64,000 nt of DNA from Diadema antillarum (taxonomy: Eukaryota). Position 1 is the stretch's first letter. The number at the start of each line of letters is the position of its first letter. The stretch spans positions 124,001 to 188,000 of the forward strand of contig NW_027271878.1 in the NCBI RefSeq assembly GCF_040938485.1, given 5' to 3'. Positions 1 through 12,192 of the stretch are shown one piece after another. The translations under genes and the position numbers were made by a program. Below the pieces are notes generated by a model, which saw only the letters and a program-made list of their open reading frames with translations, did not search any database and had not been told where the DNA came from.

Positions 1-204
1 TGTCGGTCTTGTGGGCCTCTTTTGCCCAGTGTTGTACACGTTGGCCTTGTTTGCCTATAGTGCCTGACTCATGGACCGTATTTGCCTAGTGTCGAACTCA
101 TGGGTTGTATGGCTCATGGGTTGTATGACTCATGGGTTGTATGACTCATGTGCCTTTTTCAATGTCGAGCTCGTGGGCCGTACATTGTAGGACTCGTGGG
201 TGTC
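1..204. mobile_element. Right arm of a foldback-like modular inverted-repeat element (copy 1, cut by window edge)
   Basis: Tandem 16-bp units GACTCATGGGTTGTAT and the module TATTTGCCTAGTGTCGAACTC. Ends in GACTCGTGGGTGTC (191-204), identical to the right end of the copy at 53225-53238. Confidence 0.75.
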
Positions 205-3200
205 GTGCACGTGGGATGACTCGCTATGTACAAACCATGGGCCATGTACAAACCAATGAGAGAGGTCTACGATGACATCATCGTCTTCTGTTTCACGAAA
301 TATACGGTACATAATACAGTTCTATATTTCCCCTTTCTTAAAGAATACATTTTGTCTAATGTTATTCTGCTGTACACTGCTTAGTTGGCTATAATCTTCT
401 TTTTAAGGCCATTTCGCGCACAGAACGAATTTTCCCTACAAGTGCACATAATGCACAGTACAATATAGCTTGAAACTCAAAAAGCCCTCTTTGTGCTTAT
501 CCAGTCTGATAATGCGACCATTACCCCGCATTACACGGTAGATTAATCAGCAAATTTTTCATTCCGACTTGCAACACATGTTGTAATAGCGTACACACCT
601 ATACAAGACACACGCACTCACCCTTTCTGTTCCATGCATTGACTTTTGACAATGTATAAAACGCAATGGGATTTTTCTGTACCTCGGCACTCAAAAGCAC
701 ACAAAGGGTTTTAAGTGGTGCGGAAATAGACACATAAAATAGATGCCACCGTCAAAATATCAAAAAGGGCAACGATTAAGAGATTGCGTTTACGCTTGAT
801 GGCAACAAGTCACAAATCACCGCTGAAGCACTCACGAGGAAAAAGTGAATCGCATTTTGCAGTCCTGACTGTTGAAAATGCGTTTGGTAATTCTGATCGA
901 CATTATATTTCAAACACAACAATGTCCTGAAGTATCCTCGTATTAAAAGGAAACTAGCGTGTTGACCAATATGTAATGGATAATACGTATGGGGCTATTC
1001 ATAAATTGTTACTATAGAAGTACCACTTAACGTCATGTTCAAGGTAGAGTCATACGTCGTATGAATATCCCATAACTTGGATTAAATGGTTTCATATCAA
1101 TAAGCCGTATATCCAAACGACGTATGACTACACGATAACTCGGTGTGCCGTATCTGAAAGCGGCCCCAGATTCATGATATGCGCATTGTAGCACTCGTGT
1201 TTTAATCTTTGAAAAGGTAGAATACATGTCGGATATTCAACTTTGTGGGCGTGAAATGAACGAATGTCATTTGATTAACGTACTAGAAACCTGTAATCTG
1301 ACAGCTGAAAAAGGGTCTGCTTGACGAATTAAAGCCAGCCTTTGGTAGACTGTTTCCAGCATCGCAGTTTTAGTTGAATACACTTCTAAATAGGTTCGTT
1401 GCATTTTCGAACGTGAGACACAAGTAAGTACAGATATTACTGTATATAATTCTGTACATTGTATATATTTATATAGAAAGATATAGATTCTTCACTCTAC
1501 TAGGCACAAACACACAAATATACCACAAGTTCGATAAAACAGTCGACACCAGGTACTGGCTATTGAATACAGATTTCAAGGGTAAACGGCCTTGAGGTTA
1601 TTTTGAAGTCAAATGCGGCGGGAAGGAGCATTCGGACTTAAGAGCGTAATTCCCGATAGTACAGGAGCATTAATACAACAAAAGAAGATTTGAATGCACT
1701 CTTAGACTTGACAAGAGGTATTAAGAATATCTAAAATTTCCAATACCTTGGGTGAAAAGTTCTTATCATCCTGCAAAGCACATTTCCATGCATTTTGTTT
1801 TTCTTAACGACTTTCATTTTCTAACCTTGATGCCCTGATAGAGGCTACAATATGGATGACACGACTACTCACTAATTGTGCTCAAAGGATAAGCAGGATA
1901 CTGGGAGGATAGATTGCTCTTAACCTTCGAGAAAAATGCAAAGTAAAAAAGCGGCTTACAGCTTCCAGTCGCGATGCATAGTTGACTAGTTTTTTTCTTT
2001 ATTTGTTTCTTAAGAATAGGCCAATCGCACTGAGAGTCTCAGCAGAAATCTAAAATCTGAAATATTGGGCTCTTACAATATATTTCCTTTTTTCCATTTG
2101 TCTCTCTTTATTCTCAGCTCAACTGCGGTGAAAAATATGTTTCCTTTACTGTTTCTCGCCAGGAAACATTCTCTCGTCATGCTGGGAAACAGTTCAAATA
2201 GGTCAAGGCAAGGGAAAAGCGACGGTTTTAATACAAGAGCAACAAGCCACTTTGGATGATGATTTAGATAGAATCACTCCCAGATAAATTATTAAACATG
2301 CAACTGAAACGAGAGGTCTGTTTTTACGTGATCACGAGGGCAGGCCTCTTGCAGAGAACGGCAAGTAATTCCTAAAGCTGACAAATCCACGTATTTATGT
2401 CAATGGCAAGGACAAAAAAAAAAATAGTAGCTTTACATCAAATGTCTCTCGATGTTTGACAAATATCATCTGGTGAAGAGAACCAAAACCCCCTCTGCAA
2501 ACTCTGTAAGTAGTTGCATCAATCACAAAAATGTTGTAGCATCAATTAACTCCAGAACGACAATCAATAAGCAAGCGAGGATATTGGGGTCCGGTATAAG
2601 ACGTGCACGAAGTAATTGCCATCACAAAGTCTACGCATGATTTATACGTTGGACCAAACATGTATACGCTCGATTAGAATCTGGTCAGATTGTCAATTAA
2701 TAAGCTTCCCATTCACCGATTATTACATGGAAAACAGCCTATACATCTTGAAAAGGATTTGCAAAGTTCTTTGATTTATTTCCTCGCATACAGCATGAAA
2801 GATGGGGATATGAATTCTGTATCGATCGTAAAAAGAGCATGACCTTTAACATATAAAGAATATTGGAACACGCTTTTCCTGCCGATTTATCACAAAATGA
2901 GACCTTCAGGGTCTTGTTAATTCGTTCAGGGAGTGACATTCTGGTTCTGATTTCTTTTCCATCCTTGAAAGTTCCTGTATAAGTGCCTGGATGGTGAGGT
3001 AAGTATGATCTATGTATTAATTGGCACAGTTTGCATAGTCGACAAAATGTATGGAGTTGTTGTTTTCTTTTTCTTACTTCACTAGGCACGATAAGGGGTC
3101 AACTTTAGAAGTTCAGTTCGTTTCCTTGATACAAATACACATCATTTCGTTGTGCTTCACATTTCATGTCACGCTAGTTTGTTACTGAAGGGGATATTGA

Positions 3201-4291
3201 TGTGCTTAACTTTCCGGTTTTATCCATGGAAAAAATGAAACCAAAAAACCAGCAAGCAGGCTATACTCATTATCAAACGCGGATCCAGGTAGGCCTATAA
3301 TTATTTTTGTACGGATATTGATTTTGTGGCATGTCTCAAGTTCCAAAGGGAATATGGATGATGTTGTGTGGGAAATATCTCATAACGTGAAGCAGCATTA
3401 TTATGATTCTTATGTGATTCTTATTGCATTCATGATAATTCACGCCTTAATTCTTTCTGATTGCTTGAAGGAACGTGCAAAAGTTACTCTCGCACACCCA
3501 CTGTAAATCGTGCGTGAGATGTGAAGATATCAAACTGTTTGGAAATTGCAGCGGCCTCGTCACGAAGCCATTATTCATACCCCAGGATTATTTCCAATGA
3601 TTCAATTTGGAATAGTGCATCTGGTCGACCTACATACAGTACATGTATTGTCCAGTATCTCTCTGCACGATTCCAGGAACTGAGAAGAAGAGATCAAAAT
3701 ACAATATGTGAACTTCCATACAACTTATGACTTATGTCTCGTGCGGAAGATGCTAGTCGGCCTGAGGGAATGCGTGCATACCCACAGGACGGGCATTTTT
3801 GCCTTTCGTTTATATTTCATTTCATTTTGAACAACACAAAACATTTGTACATATATGTAGTGACGTAAACTCATTGCAATATTATATGCTTTTTTGCGCA
3901 AGTGTGTATGATGTATGTACGTGTATATCTTTGTATCTGTGTGTGTGTTTCTAAGTGTGTAAGTGTGTCAACTATTGTCCGTGGAAAGAAGAAAATTATG
4001 TAAATAGGAAAATGATTTATGGTCAACATCTTCATTGTCTAACTCTATATTGGTTACATTATTTTTGAGGTCCCCTTTCTTTCCCGTCTATCCGCTTACA
4101 GGACTCGTTTATTCTTGTAGGATGAATACTCCCCTTTTTGTGTCAAAGAATGAAGGTTTCCTATCGGTCAAAGTCATTGTTTGTTTTTCTGTGTATCGAT
4201 CGCCGTGCATGTGGCGCTCAGCCTTGAGAGTTTGCACTCTCGTCACCTGTCTCCAAAGAGTGATGCGCGTGAGCAATGCGATGATGCATTT

Positions 4292-4560
4292 TTCAATTCA
4301 ATTCAATTCAAATTCAATTCAAATGAGATTTTTATCTCCAATAGTACATTTTTGTTGATACAAGTTCAAGGGAAAAAGTACAATATATACAACAACATAT
4401 TATATACATTATACATAAGAAACAAATCTTCAAATTAATTGTGTTATTGGAAAAGAGAGGCCTGCGTAAAAAAAAAAAAACGAAAAAAAAAACAAGCTTG
4501 TAGAAATATGAGCCACTTAGAAAATCAAAGTCGCAATTCAGAAAAAAAAATATACGGGAA
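4292..4560 (-). mobile_element. Probable 3' end of a CR1/L2-clade LINE
   Basis: Minus strand ends in a (TTGAA)n tail (4292-4323). Upstream lies GCTCATATTTCTACAAGCTTG-T-rich-GCAGGCCTCTC, resembling the 3'-UTR stem-loop of invertebrate CR1/L2 elements as I recall it. No RT ORF remains. Confidence 0.5.
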
Positions 4561-4705
4561 CAAAACACAAACGCAGGCACAAGACGCTCACTGTAAATAA
4601 AGACGTAGGACAAACAACAAGAGACAATGGGAAGGGGAGATTAGAGGAAGAGGGAAGAGAAGGAAGAGGATGGGGCTAAATATATGTAAATGATATGTAT
4701 ATATG

Positions 4706-4813
4706 CATATATTCACTCATTCATTTATTGTTTGGATAAACATATATTCACTCATTCATTTATTGTTTGGATAAACATATATTCACTCATTCATTTATTG
4801 TTTGGATAAACAT
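4706..4813. repeat. Perfect 35-bp tandem repeat x3
   Basis: CATATATTCACTCATTCATTTATTGTTTGGATAAA at 4706, 4741 and 4776 with no mismatches. Confidence 0.95.
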
Positions 4814-7800
4814 TTTTTTTTCGGCTAAATTATGACAATGTGAATGTCTATTAAATCATATGTCTTTACAGTATGCATTGAAATATGTTACCCTGGTCAC
4901 GTGACTATGGCGTCACTTTTGAGATCATGATGTGCAATTGTTAGGTATGTACTGCCTTCACATTCTTTTCTTTTTCTTTTTCCTTTTTTCAATTTTGAGA
5001 GCCGAGGATCTATTTCCGCAACTGGTCCGCTCAGGGTGCAATTTAGGATATCGTCATTTCAGTATACCCCATATCCTACAAAGCAAAGAAAGATGAAATA
5101 ATGATAAAGAAAACATGAATTTGTTTACTAACAACGAAGATATAAACAAGAAGACAAACAAACAAACGAAATGAAATACAGTTTGTATTTACCTGTTGAT
5201 TCGATTTCACCTACCGCTTGCAAAAAGAAATGCGTCCTGATTTGAGAAACGTTTTCCCCTATACGAGGCAAGATATCTTTCTGCTCCACATTTTTTTTAA
5301 GAAGTGTGGTTTCATCAAAACCTTTAAACTCCCCGTCTGTTTATGTGCAAGAAGCCATCCTACTTTCGCATGTGAAGGATTTGTTGGCGACTCGAACAAG
5401 TGCGGGGCGGCAGCAGGCGGTAGATTCGCTTCCATTCCATCAATTTTGGCGCGATGCGGCACGGAGGTCGCCCGAAATAGTTGGCAGCGCCAACCCGCTA
5501 GATTTCGCCAGCTCCTTCAATCATGTGATTACGCACCACGCTCTCGGGGAAAAAAACAAGAAGCGATGTGACTGGTTTGATAGATAATCGCCCTTTGGTC
5601 GAATAATCAAAGTTCTTGTTGTTGTGTCGTCTGCGTTCCATGATCTGTCATGCTCACACCTCAGCAATGGACCTCCATATATCTATACAAACAAACTAGG
5701 GGGGAGAGAGAGGGTGGGGGAGTGAGAGATAGGCAGAGAAAGAATGGAAAGGAATAGGAAATGGGTGAAAGAGAGAGAGAGAGAGAGAGAGAAATAGAGG
5801 AGGGCGGGAGAGGGAGAGACTGAGGTGGGTCTGAATGAGCAATATATATATATATATCCTTCTTTGGGCATAACATTATAATGTAAAGGGTGTTCGCAGC
5901 AGAAAACCGTGTGTTTACGGACTGTTTTCTTAAAGTGTCATCATCATTATTAATTACGGAGCAAAGATTGTCACGGAAAGGGGAATAGGAGAAAAAAAAA
6001 ACACAATAGCGGTATCATCGCAACCCCGCACCATATATCCTGCAGTTGTATGGAGCATGTATCGCCTACTCGATCGGCTGATTACTCAGTAATGGAGAAT
6101 ACTAACCATGCTATCAAGCATTGCTTACACACCGACAAAGTCTTGATGTAGTAGGGGTTGCCAGCTAATTGAAAGTAAATACATCATTCTTCCTTTTTCC
6201 TCTACAATCATTCCCCACGTGCCTCTTCTTCTAGGGGCTGTGAGAAGTTTGTTGGGTGCATGCACATCTTAATAAGTGAACTACAGATGAGAGCCTATAG
6301 CGAGGATTATGAAGGCACTTTGTATTATTTGTCGAGTCCCACCACTTTCCCATTCAGATCCGCTATTTACTGAATGCAAGATTTTGAAAATTAAAGATTG
6401 TTTCTTTTTTAACTGGGTCAGTTCATCTTTAATTACGGCACAAATGCACTTCCCCGTATATATAATTCAATGTTTTCAAGAAACCATTTAAAAAAAAAAA
6501 TAATTATCCCACTAGGCGGTCTAGTGAATTTCATTTATCCCTCCTATAATTATGAAGAGAGGGTGTTTTGGGTTTTTTGTTAGTTTGAGTTTAAACCATA
6601 GTTTAAACCATAGTTTAAATCATAGTTTAACCGTAGTTATTACGGTTCATCAGATGCAAATGCAAGGAAACATAATTCTGTTTCGATTTAAAATATCTTG
6701 TTCTACCGTCATGCATCAGCAGCTTTTTTCCCATAATGTTTAATTCATGTAAATTGTACAAAAAGAATGATGATTAACTTTTTTATGACGACATTAATCA
6801 TCAAACTGCAACTCATTATATATGAATGTCTGATTCAAATGAGATATAAATCAAATTCTATCAAATAACGCAAGCAAGGATGAAATGTTAGATTTATTAC
6901 AATATGCATCGTTGATATGTTTTTGTACATGTCTCCCCCCCCCCCCAAAAAAAAGATGAAATTAGGTGCAAACTATTTTGTATGCAATGTTCGCTTGATA
7001 TTAGCAGCAAATTCGAGCAAAATGACGTGTGATGTGAAATATTTCCATCACCTCAAGTCATCCTGGACACGTACACAACGCTTCAGACGGAAGCTATAAT
7101 ACTAACACCTTTCTTGCACCTCGAAACAATTTAGTTTCTCGGGTCCAGTTGGTCGCTTTTAGTGGGAGTGCATTCACACAGAAGCGATTCAATAAGGGTT
7201 TCTAATTTCATCCAACACATGGGTCACCTCCCCGGCTCTGGACCCGACAACATGCCCGAAGATGCGTCGACGACGACTTAATGAATGCGAATGCAGAGGA
7301 CCGGCGAAAATCGGCCCGCTTTTTCCTGGTGTTTTTGTTGTCTTTGTTGATGTTGATGTGGTTGTTGTTGTTGCTTCTGTCATCATCTTGTGGACAGAAA
7401 CAAATGACGTCAATTATGCACACACGTAATCTAAATAACGCATCGTTACTCTAGATTATAGATGGAAAAGAATCCAGAAATCGAAATCAAAACAGAAAGA
7501 GGACAATTACAACATAACATGTTATATCATATATACATACATATATAAGTGTATATATATACATATGTATATACATGTCAAAAACGATTAGTTATAAAGT
7601 TTATATATGGATGATTAAGGAGACAATGTCTTAATGTGACATTGTCTCCGTAAGATGTGAATTCTTTCACGTGTCTCCTTAAGATATGAATACTTTCACG
7701 TGTCTCCTTAAGGTATCAATGGGAGTTAAAAATTGTAAAGAAGAGAAAAGAATAACACAGGAAATCCGCATTCCTCTATTTGGAACCCATTTTCTAAAAT

Positions 7801-7957
7801 TAAGGGTTTTAAAACAAAGGTTATATATATTTTTTCAGCATTTGCACGAATTTAGCATCACAACGATGAACCAAGGAGATGTAACTAAAGAAAAATCGAA
7901 TTGTCTCATAATAGCACAATTTATGCCCTGTCCCCTACATATGGCATCTAGGAGTAT

Positions 7958-7969
7958 TATATATATATA

Positions 7970-8007
<38 letters not shown>
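7958..8007. repeat. (AT)n microsatellite
   Basis: Direct reading, one interruption. Confidence 0.95.
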
Positions 8008-8011
<4 letters not shown>

Positions 8012-8805
8012 CGCATACATAGATATTTAATAACCTTATACTAGTAGTGTGTAAAACGTGATCCGTTGATGAGTAATGGTTTTGCTTTGAAATAAGACTT
8101 GACTAAGCAATGCTGATTCCAGATTTTTTGACACACAAGAGCACGTGAAATTTACATAACCATCACAATTCTAAGTAGAAGAATATCATGGGGGTGCCTT
8201 TACCTCATCTGCCTGACAGACGTTTAAAGATTGTAATCATAGGTTCAATTGATAGCTCAGTGACACTGACTTCAATCTGGTGATCATTTTGCGTGGACTA
8301 TTGATAGTCAGCTGAGACGTGAAATGGCGCCATTTGAATGTTAGCATCAATTGTGGACTAAACGTACCTGGTGCTTTTTAACAGTGCAGGCGCCACAAAA
8401 TTTAATCGATGTAGCTCGTAATTTACCTCAAATAATCGAATGATTTCGACATTCTTTATATCGTATATCTTTCAAAAGAGGGGTGAGGGATTTTTAACCC
8501 ATCAGAATGCCATTCAGATCTGCAGTATGTTATCAAATTTTGCATCCCCCTTAGAGCAACCATTAAATGATGTTCCCACGTTCTCATTATTCCAGTTTCT
8601 CCTCATCTTGTCTTGTTCAGCATAGAGTTTCATCCGTATTTCAGACGATATTCTCTCACAATATAGTGCATGCAGTGATACCACTTTTCTTTCTTTCTTT
8701 ATGTATTTCTTTCGATTCACGTTTCGCGTATGGGCGATACGCATACCACGGGAACCGGCGGCTTAAGTCCCATCCAGAGGAAAAGGCAAAGATAATGGTT
8801 GTTAA

Positions 8806-8938
8806 NNNNNNNNNNNNNNNNNNNNNNNNNNNNNNNNNNNNNNNNNNNNNNNNNNNNNNNNNNNNNNNNNNNNNNNNNNNNNNNNNNNNNNNNNNNNNNN
8901 NNNNNNNNNNNNNNNNNNNNNNNNNNNNNNNNNNNNNN
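8806..8938. other. Assembly gap (133 N)
   Basis: Run of N. ORFs spanning it are artefacts. Confidence 1.
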
Positions 8939-11900
8939 TCGGCTTGTGGAGTAATGTTGCCATTGTTCAGAGGGAGATTTTGAGTGCATGGTTAAATTTA
9001 GAAGGAAATAAAAAGAGACAGCATACTCGTATCTTGACATTCAAATGAATCATTCATGGTTGTATTTTAGCAGCAAGTGCTTCTTCACAATAAGGTCTTA
9101 AGAGACACAGAGAAGAGGCAGTTGTTGTTTTTTATAAGAATTCGTATAATGTTTTCCCTACATTGGTCTATTATGTTTTTACTTAATTATTCCTTTTTTG
9201 CGCTGGTATTAATCTGGGATTGTTCATGTGAATATCACAAGAATAACGAGTTTGATAAGATATTTTACTCTTATGAAGGGAAGCGTTTTAAAAAAAATAA
9301 AGGTAGAGCTTGTGTTGAGAATAGAATACAACAAAATAAAGACAAAAGCTTTCTATCGCGCGCTTTGCAGCACGGGTTGATAACCTCACCCCTCGCCTCT
9401 CCCTTCACCCTGACACCGTTTTCATGCGGCCTCTCGTCCATAAAACTTCCGGCTTATGTGATAGAGTTTCCTTCAGAGCTACGAAGATTTCAGATAAGAC
9501 GTACTAAAGATACATCGTATTCACTTCAAAATGTCAGAGATTTAAAGTTGTAAGTTCTCTATCCATTAACCTTTCTTTTCTCAGTACTTTTTCTTTTTTT
9601 TCCTCCTATCGCCTGACATTTCCTGATAAGAATGTGCACAGGTAAATGATGTGTATTAACCAAGATGATAAGGCAGTTTCATACCAAGAATAAATTGGAA
9701 TGTTAGGCAAGTTCATAGAACCTTGGTCGTGTTTCTCTTTGTTTGTTTGTTTGTTTGTTTGTTTGGTGTTCTTATATGTCATGGAGTTCTTTATCTCAGA
9801 CTGGCGTTAATACTCACTGCATGGAAAGCACTTTTTAACGAGTGTTTCGGTGGTCAACCGGAATAAGGTCTGCTTCGTGTAGCATCCAGGGGATTAGGCC
9901 TGGCTTTGATTCTCAATCCCTGCTTTGACACGGTCTTCCTGTGTAAAGGTGAACCGAACATTTTAACGACGTCAGGGAAGACAAATGAAACTCATTTTCG
10001 GAATGTACATATACTTATAGTTTATCCAGCGCAGTGGATGATGTGTTGGCGAGTGAGACAGCTAGATCAGCCGGCTGCAATGGGGTCTTACTATTGCAAC
10101 AAAAAGTTAAAAGCCTGATAACTGTATGGAGACGCAAATTCCTCAGTTGCGCTGCTTTATTCATCCATTAAATGGAACAGGTTTACATAAAATTTAAGGA
10201 AAAGTGAATTATGAATTGTAATCAGATAAAGTTTTATCGATAGATGTTCTTCTATTGACAAGTATTTACCCCTGCAATTGATTGACTCCGTTTTTAATCT
10301 CAAATGAAATTCACTCGCTATCTATAAAAAGATACTAAAAGGCACCCACCACGGTATAGTATCGTATGCCTCTCAAAGACATTGGCATTTATGTTCAAAA
10401 TTGTGTATTTTTGTATGAAAGTCCTCTTTACAAGTTTTCCTCTGAGTCACCTTATGCTTGCCGTAGTTTTAAGCATTTGCAAGTTTGAAGGTAACGCGTA
10501 TATGGGTATATTGTCACGCGCAAGTTAGGTTATATAGTTATTAGTTGTTCTCACTTAATCTTGTTCAGTGCCTATACCATTACACTGTTTGCTTGTTCGA
10601 GACAGCAACACATGCAAATGTTACTCTAGTGTTTGCCTTTAAGAGAGAGACGTAAGCAATGTTGTAAAGTGAATGAAGGATGCCATGTCGAGTGGAACAT
10701 TGGATTGAAAAGGTCGCGAGCTTTGCCATCAGTCTGAACACAACAATCGGCAACATTAGACCTCACATCCTCTCTCTACGTCACAAGGAGCAGAAAGTCG
10801 TATCAACATGATCAGAGTGAAGTGTGCACTCCTGCGTGGCCACGCTACCTGATTGAACGAAAGCTCTTACTCTACAATCTGGAGGCAGGGCGTCGGAAGA
10901 AAACCTATGGGCCATCTCTATACGCCTGACCCGGGGCGTGTAAACGCGCATGATGAATGAGGCAGATGCTACATCCAATTAATCTGCGTACTTAATCTAT
11001 TTCGTTTCCCCCAACACAAATGCGCCTCAACTCCGCTCTCTCCTTCTCTGCTTAGCAAATATATGATTAATTTATAAATTTACATATTCATTTGACATTA
11101 TCTAGATGGTATATATTCATAATTCATTATCAAATGACCTCATAGTCTAATTTGGCTTTGCTGCCCGAATGCAACGGATGTGACGTATGCAGTATATAAC
11201 CCAACGAATAGTGTGAATCTTGTAACATAATGAATACAACACTTTGTAATCGCAATGCTATCTCGGAACATTAAAAAAAAATGCTAACACTAAAATTTCA
11301 ACAACTTTCATACTATTATCTTCCAGGATATGTATTCCTAATAGTGACAGTTGTAGAAAAGCCTCGCATGATAGTTAAGCCCTTGAAGTCCCTGGTATTA
11401 CATCATTTGATACATAGGCGACCGTTACTGAGCCGGCACGTCAAGGATCCCACCTCCTTAATGCAATTAATTCACACATTTGGCAGTACATGGCAGGGAG
11501 AGGGATCGCTTCTGCATCCGTGGCCATAATAATGAGACCCATTTTAAAGTGAGAAACCCCATATTCTGCATAGCGACGTGGAGAATGGCCACTCAGCTCA
11601 GCTCAAAGATGATACAACTTTGGCAACAGATTTAAAAACGCATGGAATTTTACTTCAGTGGACAGATTCCGTTGCATGGCATTAAAGAAGATTCGACCTT
11701 CGAAGTCAGGTTTTTTTTCTTTTATTCTTTCAAAGCAGAACAGATCAAAAGCGAGTTATTTTTGTGAGATTTTCCTGGAATGTACAAGGACATAGAAGTG
11801 AACAAAATGTACATGAATTCAACAGCTCACTATAGTATGGCAATGAAGCAGTTTCTCTTCAAGGAAGTGTCTCACAAACTATTCCAATAATTCCACCTGG

Positions 11901-12178
11901 CATTAGTTTATAGTAGTATTATCATCAACGCTATTAATATAATTCATGGAGAATTTCCATGAAAGCTATTGTGTTCTCTATACGTACTTTATAATTCCAC
12001 GGACGTCCATGATACTCAGTATCTCATTTCCTTAATGCTGGGTAGTGGGTGGGGAATGACATTGTTATTTGATATTTGAAATGTGCTTCTGTTATAAACA
12101 GCAATCATTGTCAGAGAAGAGGACGGACAAGGACGATATCAGCGAAAAGGTTTCTGCACTTAGGTTGATAGCCAAGCC

Positions 12179-12192
12179 GTTGCCATGGTAAC
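12179..12192. promoter_or_regulatory. Near-perfect RFX X-box
   Basis: GTTGCCATGGTAAC matches the consensus GTTGCCATGGCAAC at 13/14 positions. Confidence 0.45.

Noticed and set aside
1048-1129. Short inverted repeats (AGTCATACGTCGT/ACGACGTATGACT), plus small hairpins at 14449-14465, 22180-22210 and 60447-60460
   Set aside because: Too short and without TSDs or a second copy. Probably decayed MITE fragments or chance.
3032-3055. miR-153-like sequence TTGCATAGTCGACAAAATG
   Set aside because: It diverges after 10 nt and there is no complementary 5' arm for a hairpin.
7281-7454. 57-aa ORF with a signal-peptide-like N-terminus (MNANAEDRRKSARFFLVFLLSLLMLMWLLLLLLSSSCG...)
   Set aside because: The hydrophobic run is produced by a (TTG)n-type simple repeat. 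There is no good donor and the ORF stops early.
8567-9040. ORFs of 138 aa and 107 aa spanning X residues
   Set aside because: Artefacts of translating through the N gap.
9818-9938. Minus-strand exon-like segment with good acceptor (CACCTTTACACAG) and donor (GCA|GTGAGT)
   Set aside because: Stops in all three frames. Indistinguishable from a pseudo-exon without transcript data.
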